The translations under genes and the position numbers were made by a program. Of a stretch of DNA of 35,075 bases, positions 25,741 through 33,267 are shown piece after piece (position 1 is the first letter of the stretch; each line of letters starts with the position of its first letter). The notes below the pieces were generated by a model that did no database searches, was not told where the DNA came from, and saw only the letters and a list, made by a program, of their open reading frames with translations. This stretch comes from Candidatus Eiseniibacteriota bacterium. Lineage in GTDB: Bacteria; Eisenbacteria; RBG-16-71-46; JABDJR01. The DNA lies in contig JABDJR010000003.1 of assembly GCA_013003415.1 (NCBI GenBank), positions 1 to 35,075 on the forward strand. The letters run 5' to 3'.

Positions 25741-28700
25741 TTACGAGACTCCCGGAGAGGGGGAGGGTTGGTTTTGAGGGGAGACTTCGGCTTCAAAGTC
25801 GTCATCGGTGGTTGAGGAACGACCGATCGAAATGCGGTGGGCGAGTTTGTACATGATGGGCGTGTAGATCAGGGTGAGACTCGTTGTCATGAGCAAGCCG
25901 CCGATGATGGTAATCGCCAAGGGGCGTTGCAGCTGCTCACCGCCCCCTAAGCCAATCGCCATGGGGAGCATGGCCAGGATCGTCGTGGCGCTGGTCATAA
26001 GAATGGGTCGGAACCGCAGGGAAGAAGCTTGCATGATCGCCGAATAGCCATCGACACCGTTTTCACGCAGACGACGCATGGTATCCAACTTCACGATGGC
26101 ATCGTTCACCGCAATTCCCAATAATGCCACCGCCCCGATCATGGAAAGAATATTGACCGTGTTTCCGGTGACAAAGATCGCGACCAAAGCGCCGGCAATA
26201 CCAATGGGAATAACGGCCGCAATGAGAAACGGATCAAGGAACGATTCGAACTGAGCGGCGAGAATCATATAGACGAGCAAGATGGCTAATGCCATGGCCC
26301 AGCCCAGTTCTTCAAAACTCTTACTCATGGCCGCGCGCTCGCCCCCCTGGAACACCAGAATGTTGGGCGGTAGATCGAGCGCATCGGTGGCAGCGTTGAC
26401 GTCGAGCCAGACTTCATCAAGAGAGCGTCCTGAGATGTCGCCGGTAATGGTGACCATCCGACGTTGGTTACGACGAACCAACTCGCGGACCGGGCGTTCC
26501 TCGGTAAGCGTTACAAAGTTGCGCAAAGGAACCGTGCGTCCTCCTTGGACCTCAATGGGAGTTTCGAGCATGCTGGCCAAGTCTTCCCGTTCCTGGCGGG
26601 GCAAGCGCACGGCAATATCAATGCGTTGTTCGACCTCGTTAAAGGTGGTTGCTTCCACGCCCGCCACCCGGTTTCGCAACTCATTTCCAATCCAGTTGGG
26701 ATCGAGGCCGCTGCGTAGGATCTCTTCTCGGTTTAGTCGCACGACTAAGTTGGGGGTGCCCAAAACGCGATCGACCTGGAGATCGCGAAGCCCGTCTATA
26801 CCTTCGATGGACTCGAAGATGTCGCTGGCCGTAGCTAGGGCGATTTGAGGTTCCTCGGCGACCACATTCAAGGTGAAAGCTGCTTCGCCCGAGCTCAAAA
26901 GCTCGTTCAAGCCAATGCCCTCTTCTCGGAAGGTGTAGGCCACTCCAGGGATCTTGTCGAGTTCCGCCGTGGCCAACTCCTGAATGCGGAGACTCTCCTT
27001 ATAGTTGTTGTAGTCCTGCTTGAGAATGAGGCGAATCCGCCCCGTGTTGGGAGCATCAAACTCTTGGAGAGCAGCCAATGTGCGCTCGGTTCGTCCCACC
27101 TGGGAGAACGCGGCGTGGATGGCTTCGTCTTCGGAAAGAGTGGCGGCGAAGTTGGCCACCGTCGCGTGCGTCTCTTCCAGAGGCGTTCCCGCGGGGAGTT
27201 CGATATCAACCCGCAGGTCTCCATTGGAGCGCTCGGGCATGAAGCCCTTTTCAATGTTGACGGCAAGAAGACCAGCCGCCCCCAGGCCCACAAACAAAAG
27301 AATCAGAAGGGGAACCGAAAACCGAAGCGCGGTTTCGAGGATGCGATGGTAAACATCGTGCACCTTTTCAAACATCCAGGCAAAGAGCCGGAAGATCCCC
27401 TTGGGCTCTCCCGAAGCCGAGAGCACGCGCGCGGAAAGCATGGGCTGGAGTAGCAGGGCCGTACAAATGGAAACCAGAAGCGAGAAGGTTACGGTGAGGG
27501 CTTGATCTCTGAAGAAAGCCCCGGCAATGCCTTTGACATAAACCACGGGAAAAAACACCGCCACCGTGGTGAGGGTGGCCGCAAGCACCGGGCGCGCCAT
27601 TTCGCGGGTTCCCCGCTCGGCGGCGGCGGCAATGTGGCGTTTGAGTTCTGTGTCGCCCGGAGGTTTTCGCAGATGCCGATTGATGTTCTCAAGGACCACA
27701 ATCGCATTGTCGACCAGCATACCCGCGGCCAGAGACAGGCCACCCAGGCTCATGAGGTTGAGGTTGACTTTGCCGAAGTACAGCAACCCAAACGTGATGG
27801 CGATAGCCACTGGAATAGACAAGCCCACTACAATGGGGCTTCGTAAGTCGCGCAAGAAGAAGAACAAAATGAAAAAGGCCAAGAAGGCGCCAATAACCAG
27901 AGACTGCGCCAAGCCTTGGAACGAGGCGCGCACATATTCGGCGTCGCGATAGATAAAGCTGAAATCAAAATCTTGGTAGTCCCCTCCAAGCACCTCGAGA
28001 GAAACATCGATCTCTTTCGAAACTTGAAGGGTGTTCGCTTCGGGCTCTTTGTAGATCAACACGGAAACAACCGGCGCGTCTGCCAACAAGGTGACGCCTT
28101 CGGCATCCTTGACCGTGTCGACGACCTGGGCCACATCGGAGATGCGCACCGGGGGACCTGCGTTTCGAGGAATGTCGGTAGCCCCTATATCTTCCAGAGT
28201 TTCAAACTCACCGTTGATTCGGAGACTGAGACGAAGAGGCCCCTGACGAATTCGCCCCCCAGGGAAGGAGATGTTGCTTCGGGCCAAGGCCCCGCTAAGA
28301 TCGTCGATACTGATGTCGTAAATGGCCAGTTTGTCGTAGTCAGGAATGACTTGAATCTCTCGCTCGGCTCCGCCAACCACATCGGCCTGAGAAATGCCGT
28401 CGACTTGCTCGAGGGCCGGCTTGACCACCTCTTCAGCAAACTCCGTGAGAGTATCGAGAGCCTCATTGCTTTTCAGGACGAGAATACTGATGGGGCGAGA
28501 TGTGGGATCCCATCGCAAGATGACTGGCCGTGCTGCCTCCTCGGGAAAGTCTTGGCGGAAGGAAACGCGGTCGATGGCTTCACGCAAATGCAGGTTGGCG
28601 AAGTCCATCTGCGTGCCCCACTCGTACTCCACCGTAATGGTTGAAACTCCTTCTCGGGTGCGGCTGACCACTCGCCGGACACCAGCAAGCGCAGTGACCA

Positions 28701-28902
28701 CCTCTTCCATAGGTTGCGTGACAATGCGTTCAAGATCTTCGGCCGGGATATCGTCGTAGGTTGTGACGACGGTTAATCGCGGATAGGTGATCGAAGGAAG
28801 TAGATCAACTGGAAGTCTTTGGTAACTGAGAAGCCCCACCAACATGAGAGCCAAGAACAGCATGCTGATGGCAATGGGACGCTGAATGGCAAGTCGGAGC
28901 AT
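25741..28902 (-). CDS. RND efflux permease (AcrB/HAE-like), first permease of the operon
   Basis: 1053 aa. N-terminal MLRLAIQRPIAISMLFLALMLVG, TM4 AAGMLVDNAIVVLENI, TM10 LLGIAVNDAIVKLDTM. It starts 2 nt after the MFP stop. Confidence 0.9.
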   Translation of the reverse strand: MLRLAIQRPIAISMLFLALMLVGLLSYQRLPVDLLPSITYPRLTVVTTYDDIPAEDLERIVTQPMEEVVTALAGVRRVVSRTREGVSTITVEYEWGTQMDFANLHLREAIDRVSFRQDFPEEAARPVILRWDPTSRPISILVLKSNEALDTLTEFAEEVVKPALEQVDGISQADVVGGAEREIQVIPDYDKLAIYDISIDDLSGALARSNISFPGGRIRQGPLRLSLRINGEFETLEDIGATDIPRNAGPPVRISDVAQVVDTVKDAEGVTLLADAPVVSVLIYKEPEANTLQVSKEIDVSLEVLGGDYQDFDFSFIYRDAEYVRASFQGLAQSLVIGAFLAFFILFFFLRDLRSPIVVGLSIPVAIAITFGLLYFGKVNLNLMSLGGLSLAAGMLVDNAIVVLENINRHLRKPPGDTELKRHIAAAAERGTREMARPVLAATLTTVAVFFPVVYVKGIAGAFFRDQALTVTFSLLVSICTALLLQPMLSARVLSASGEPKGIFRLFAWMFEKVHDVYHRILETALRFSVPLLILLFVGLGAAGLLAVNIEKGFMPERSNGDLRVDIELPAGTPLEETHATVANFAATLSEDEAIHAAFSQVGRTERTLAALQEFDAPNTGRIRLILKQDYNNYKESLRIQELATAELDKIPGVAYTFREEGIGLNELLSSGEAAFTLNVVAEEPQIALATASDIFESIEGIDGLRDLQVDRVLGTPNLVVRLNREEILRSGLDPNWIGNELRNRVAGVEATTFNEVEQRIDIAVRLPRQEREDLASMLETPIEVQGGRTVPLRNFVTLTEERPVRELVRRNQRRMVTITGDISGRSLDEVWLDVNAATDALDLPPNILVFQGGERAAMSKSFEELGWAMALAILLVYMILAAQFESFLDPFLIAAVIPIGIAGALVAIFVTGNTVNILSMIGAVALLGIAVNDAIVKLDTMRRLRENGVDGYSAIMQASSLRFRPILMTSATTILAMLPMAIGLGGGEQLQRPLAITIIGGLLMTTSLTLIYTPIMYKLAHRISIGRSSTTDDDFEAEVSPQNQPSPSPGVS

Positions 28903-28904
28903 GC

Positions 28905-30266
28905 TTATTCTGTCTCCGGTTTAGCCCAAGCCACTTCGGGCTCGACGACTTTTTTAACCTTCACTTTTGCGTTGTGGGTCAGGGTGAGATGATCCGAAAC
29001 CACACACAAGGTTCCCGGTTTGAGGGGGCCTCCTTGCAAGATCTTTTCGATCTCGATCATGCGGTCGTTGGATTTCCCAAGTTGCACGTAGACCCACTCG
29101 GCGCGTTTGTCTTTGATTTTGAAAAGAAGGGGGCGTCCGTCCCGAGTCAGAATGGCCTCGCGAGGAACCATCAGACGGTCTCTATAAATGTCCCCAGCAA
29201 TGGCGGCGCGAACGAACATCCCCGGTCGAACCCGGCCGTCTGGGTTTTTGAAACGCATTAGCAGGTCGCAAGTACGGCTTTCCGGATCGATCTGGGGGCT
29301 AAGCACATCGAGAGTCACCTGAAGCGTTTCGGCCAGGGCCGGGAGTTCTAGTCGTACATCGCGGCCTTCTTCCAGGCCTTTCAAGTCCGACTCAAGCACT
29401 GCAACCTTGGCCTCAAGATTGACGCTGTCCACGAGTCGGCAAATGACTTCGCTTGCGTTAACGCGTTCGCCCTTGGTGAGATCGAGGTTGGTGATGACCC
29501 CACTAAAGGGAGCGCGAACTTCACTTCGTTCCAAGTTTAGAGCGGCGCGATCTTTGGCCGCCCGCGCGGCGGCAATACCGCTTCGGACCTGCACAAGGTC
29601 GCCGCGGTAGGCGCCATCTCGAACCGCATCGACTTCGAGGGCGAGCTGGCGATCCTGGAATTCCTTGCGGCTAATGACGCCGCGGTTGAGTTGATCTTTG
29701 AGATCTTCCAGGGACGTGGTCAGGCGGTCGGTTGCGGCGCGAGAATCGAGCTTCTCCTCGTCGACGGCCAAACGCCCCAAAGCCTCCAGATACTGGTTCT
29801 CGGCCTCGGTAAGTTCAACACGATATTGGCGATCATCGAGACGGGCGATCATTTGCCCGCGTTTTACAAACTGACCCTCCGTGACATAGACGCGGTCGAT
29901 GCGCCCCGCGATTTCAGTTCGAAGCTCAGCCTCGTTTCGGGAACGAATGGTTCCTTCAGCGATAACAGGAACAATGAGGTCACCCATTTGCACCTTGGAT
30001 GCGTTGACGTTGGTGACCTTTTCTTTCTTAGGCTTTTTCTTTTCGGTTTCGTCTTTACTCGCCGAATCGCTCTCGCTGTCTGACTTCTCGTCATCGCTGT
30101 CGCCGCTGCTAGACGCGTTTTTGGTGTCTCCGTCTTTATCTTTCGATTCAGACTTGGTGGAGTCGGCGCTCGCTCCATCGCCGCCGGTGGCTTCATTGCA
30201 ACCAGCAAGACCAAGGAGGAGAGCTAGCACCAGAAAGAGCCGCAAGACGTTCGTTTTCGTTCCCAT
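28905..30266 (-). CDS. RND periplasmic adaptor (membrane fusion protein, HlyD/AcrA family), lipoprotein
   Basis: 453 aa. The lipobox is LLGLAGC (Cys23). A Ser/Asp/Lys-rich linker of about 70 aa follows, then lipoyl/barrel motifs (VRAPFSGVITNLDLTKGERV). Confidence 0.9.
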   Translation of the reverse strand: MGTKTNVLRLFLVLALLLGLAGCNEATGGDGASADSTKSESKDKDGDTKNASSSGDSDDEKSDSESDSASKDETEKKKPKKEKVTNVNASKVQMGDLIVPVIAEGTIRSRNEAELRTEIAGRIDRVYVTEGQFVKRGQMIARLDDRQYRVELTEAENQYLEALGRLAVDEEKLDSRAATDRLTTSLEDLKDQLNRGVISRKEFQDRQLALEVDAVRDGAYRGDLVQVRSGIAAARAAKDRAALNLERSEVRAPFSGVITNLDLTKGERVNASEVICRLVDSVNLEAKVAVLESDLKGLEEGRDVRLELPALAETLQVTLDVLSPQIDPESRTCDLLMRFKNPDGRVRPGMFVRAAIAGDIYRDRLMVPREAILTRDGRPLLFKIKDKRAEWVYVQLGKSNDRMIEIEKILQGGPLKPGTLCVVSDHLTLTHNAKVKVKKVVEPEVAWAKPETE

Positions 30267-30281
30267 TGATTGTTCCCTAAC

Positions 30282-30313
30282 AAAAAAAGGGGGAGAGCAC
30301 GAAGGCTCTCCCC
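30282..30313 (-). terminator. Strong Rho-independent terminator after beta-propeller gene 1, ending 15 nt upstream of the MFP start codon
   Basis: On the minus strand, GGGGAGAGC (30313-30305) pairs with GCTCTCCCC (30298-30290), with a 6-nt loop. C and TTTTTTT (30288-30282) follow. Confidence 0.8.
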
Positions 30314-30327
30314 AAGCAGTCTATTTT

Positions 30328-31581
30328 CTACATGCCCATATCGGGCACATCGATTTGATAGCAGATGACGGCCATGGGGGCGGCATCTTCATCGACGTCT
30401 TCACCGGTACCACCGCCCTGGGCAGCCATGGCGGCACTTAGGAAGCCGGTTACAACGTAAACGCGATCTCGCACAAAGAAGTAGGCGTCTTCGTTAGGAT
30501 CGCCTTCGCCCATCAGGGTCACCTGGCGAACGAATTTACCCTTCCGGTTGAACACGTCGAAGGTGCCCAAAGCATCGTCGGGGCAATCATGCTGTCCATC
30601 GCTGCTCAGCACCCAAAGGCTGCCGTCTTCACGAGGATAGATGGTCTGGATGTCTTTGTAAGCATCGCCAATCTTCACCACCGCTCCGGGAGCTTGGCGG
30701 GTGAACGCTTCGTAGATGCTGTGGATGCGATCAATCTCTTCTTGGCTGCGGGGGCGATGCTCATACTCCCGCGTGATCATGTGTTTCTTGCTTCCGTCCG
30801 CATTCCAAACTTTGATCTCGTAGTCGGGAAAGCTGGTGACTGCGTAGACGCTTTCGTCATCGCCAACCGCCCAACGGCGATCAAAGGTGTCCCAGACGCG
30901 CTCATCGATAACCGCGTTGGCAAACTCAAACACGCGCTCTTCTGAGTGCATACGCTCGACTTCGTTACCTTCTTTGTCGATAACGGCGAGGTAGCGAACC
31001 ATGGTGAATTTCCCTTCACCCATGATGTTTTCTTGACCGGCAAGAGCAAGATAGTCACCCATGAGTCGTCCACCTAAGAGGATGGGGGTGCTGCCGTCTT
31101 CACCTTCGGGGAGGGGATATTCCCCCTGGGGCTCGCCGTCTTTGGAGAGAAGCACGATTTTGCCCGGGGCCACTTGCATCACGCCTACGTTGCCGTCGGG
31201 AGTGAAGAACATGTCGACAGGGCCGCGGAATTCACCGGGACCCTCGCCTTCACGACCGAGGGTCGTGAGGAAGGAGCCGTCAGCGTCATAAACTTTGACC
31301 TCGCTCAGCTGGTTATCCAGCACGAAGAGAGTCCCGTCTTCGTCGAGTAGAATGCGGTTGATAACACCGAAGAATTCATCTTCGTCATCGGTCTCGCCAC
31401 CCAAACGCCACTGTTCCTCAAGGGAAATGGTGAGGGGGGATTCCTTGGGATCGGCTGAGTTTTCTACACGCTTCCATTCCTCGGCGGAAGTGGATGGGGC
31501 GAGGGCAAAACTCAGGGCCAGAACTAGAACAAGAGTGAACAATGAACTCACTCGTTGGGGGGTCATCAAAGACCGGATCAT
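30328..31581 (-). CDS. Secreted NHL-like six-bladed beta-propeller protein, paralog 1 (function unknown)
   Basis: Preferred start is ATG 31581 (MIRSLMTPQRVSSLFTLVLVLALSFALAPSTSA signal peptide), with GGAGG at 31590-31586. The ORF track extends to 31641. Repeated blade pattern, for example VLDNQLSEVKVYDADGSFLTTLGREGEGPGEFRGP. Collinear with the 31854-33098 product. Confidence 0.8.
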   Translation of the reverse strand: MIRSLMTPQRVSSLFTLVLVLALSFALAPSTSAEEWKRVENSADPKESPLTISLEEQWRLGGETDDEDEFFGVINRILLDEDGTLFVLDNQLSEVKVYDADGSFLTTLGREGEGPGEFRGPVDMFFTPDGNVGVMQVAPGKIVLLSKDGEPQGEYPLPEGEDGSTPILLGGRLMGDYLALAGQENIMGEGKFTMVRYLAVIDKEGNEVERMHSEERVFEFANAVIDERVWDTFDRRWAVGDDESVYAVTSFPDYEIKVWNADGSKKHMITREYEHRPRSQEEIDRIHSIYEAFTRQAPGAVVKIGDAYKDIQTIYPREDGSLWVLSSDGQHDCPDDALGTFDVFNRKGKFVRQVTLMGEGDPNEDAYFFVRDRVYVVTGFLSAAMAAQGGGTGEDVDEDAAPMAVICYQIDVPDMGM

Positions 31582-31853
31582 AAGACCTCCAAAACAAGGG
31601 GACGCACTTAGGCTCGTATTTAATTGTAAGGAACAAGACAAGGAAAGAATTTAGGTCACCCAAGGGGGCAGGGCGACAGCGCTACTCTCAATTGTAATAC
31701 GTTTTCTGGGCCCGGTGGGTTGCACCCCCACAGATGAGTTCGACGAATATGTCGAACTTGGATTCAGTTAGCCAAAAAAGACTAATTTCATCAAGAACGG
31801 TCCGTGGGCCGCCCCCTGAATGGAAGCGACCGACCCTCCCAGCGCCCGTCCTC

Positions 31854-33098
31854 CTAGCCCTCGGTCGAGATCTTGTAGCAGATCACTTCCATGGGCTCGG
31901 CCTCTTCATCCTCATCTTCTTCTCCGCCCCCGGCGCTAAACATGGATTGCCTGGCTGAGGATTGATGGCGAAGCACAAAGAGATGGTCGCCAATGAGTCG
32001 AAATCCGTCATCGTCGGAGTTTCCTTCTCCGTTGACGGTCAGTTGTTTCTGAAACTTGCCGTCCGCATCAAAAATATCGAAGGTGAACATGCCGTCGGAC
32101 TCGCGATCTCCACGGCTGGTACGGACCCAAAGTGAACCGTCTTCCCTGGGGTAGAGCTCGCTAATGTCAGGATGAAAGTTGGAAACGGTGATCTTAGGAT
32201 CGACCGGACCTCGGATGATGAAACTCGATCGTGCTGCTTCAATTTCTTCGTCGGTTCTCGCCAGTGATTCGTACTTGCGTTCAATGACGCGGTCGGTAGT
32301 ACCGTCCGGTCTCACGCGTCGAATGCGGTACTCGTCAAAGCCGTCGCTGGCAAAGATGTATCCATCGTTAGTTGGGGCCCATTCAAGCCTTCCCGACTTC
32401 ACTTCGTCGAACTCAAAACTGGCAAAACTGATCTCGCGGCTGGAAGCGAAAATTTCACCGGACTCGTTGGATTCGGTGTCGTAGGTAGCCAGTTTGGTGT
32501 TGAGGGTGACGGTTCCTGAGCCCATCTGTTGGTCCATTCCCAGCACCACCATGTGATCCTTGGTGGCACCCATGCCCTGAAGCATGCGGCGCCCGCCACC
32601 GTCGAGTTCGGGGAGGAGGAAGTCATCTGCGGGATCGCCATCTAAGGTGAGACGTACAATTTTTCCCGGAGCCATTTGCATGACGGCCAAATGTCCGGAA
32701 GGTGTCAGCGTAATTGCCATGGGGCGTCGAAACTCGCCCGGGCCTTCACCTTCGCGTCCCATGGTGTGTTTGTAGTTTCCCTCGGCATCGAAAACGCGAA
32801 CTTCGCTAAGCTGCGCATCGAGGATGTAAACGTTTCCGTCATCGTCGACGGCTACATCCTGAATGACACCGAAGAACTCCTCGTCAGCTTCGCTCTCGCC
32901 ACCTAGGCGCCAGACTTCGGCTAGCTCTATGGAGGATGTCCCCTGCGCTGGTTCCGCCGGGTTTACAACGGTTTCCACCCCATCTCGGGTGACGACCTCA
33001 CCATTCCAGGGGGCGGCGAGGACGGTTTCAAGGGTCATCGTGCCGCCGAGAACGGCTCCAATGGCAATCATAAGGACGGTTTTCGCAGAAAATGACAT
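31854..33098 (-). CDS. Secreted NHL-like six-bladed beta-propeller protein, paralog 2 (function unknown)
   Basis: 414 aa, signal peptide MSFSAKTVLMIAIGAVLGGTMTLETVLA. GGAGG lies 7 nt upstream of the ATG. It shares the blocks WRLGGE, EFFGVI, GREGEGPGEFR, APGKIV, YPREDGSLWV and PMxVICYxI with paralog 1. Confidence 0.85.
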   Translation of the reverse strand: MSFSAKTVLMIAIGAVLGGTMTLETVLAAPWNGEVVTRDGVETVVNPAEPAQGTSSIELAEVWRLGGESEADEEFFGVIQDVAVDDDGNVYILDAQLSEVRVFDAEGNYKHTMGREGEGPGEFRRPMAITLTPSGHLAVMQMAPGKIVRLTLDGDPADDFLLPELDGGGRRMLQGMGATKDHMVVLGMDQQMGSGTVTLNTKLATYDTESNESGEIFASSREISFASFEFDEVKSGRLEWAPTNDGYIFASDGFDEYRIRRVRPDGTTDRVIERKYESLARTDEEIEAARSSFIIRGPVDPKITVSNFHPDISELYPREDGSLWVRTSRGDRESDGMFTFDIFDADGKFQKQLTVNGEGNSDDDGFRLIGDHLFVLRHQSSARQSMFSAGGGEEDEDEEAEPMEVICYKISTEG

Positions 33099-33230
33099 TC
33101 GGGTTCCTCCTTCAACGTCTGGCTAGGGAGACGCTTTTTCCAGGCCGAGGGTCGCATGAATCTTTGGGTGTAGGGAAGATTTTCTGGGTGAGATGAGGGG
33201 CGGGGGTGTTGTGAGGTTAATGAGGTTCGC

Positions 33231-33261
33231 GAAACAAGGGAGGCTCACGGGCGAGCCTCCC
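33231..33261 (-). terminator. Probable Rho-independent terminator after the upstream RND permease
   Basis: On the minus strand, GGGAGGCTC (33261-33253) pairs with GAGCCTCCC (33246-33238), with a 6-nt loop. TTGTTTC follows. The hairpin begins 7 nt after the stop codon. Confidence 0.55.
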
Positions 33262-33267
33262 AAGCTT

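Noticed and set aside
26282-27453. Several 100-200-aa plus-strand ORFs (26282-26848, 26845-27453, 27020-27352 and others)
   Set aside because: All are antisense to the RND permease gene and have Arg/Ser-rich spurious composition.
29982-30200. Repetitive-looking DNA that might be a tandem repeat or CRISPR-like array
   Set aside because: It is in-frame low-complexity coding sequence (Ser/Asp/Lys linker of the MFP). It has no regular period and no repeat-spacer structure.
31582-31641. 20-codon N-terminal extension of propeller gene 1 (MSCSLQLNTSLSASPCFGGL)
   Set aside because: There is no SD upstream of 31641. ATG 31581 has a GGAGG and yields a proper signal peptide, with a length matching the paralog.
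31734-31958. 74-aa plus-strand ORF in or near the propeller intergenic region
   Set aside because: It runs antisense into the 3' end of propeller gene 2. It has no SD and no recognisable features.
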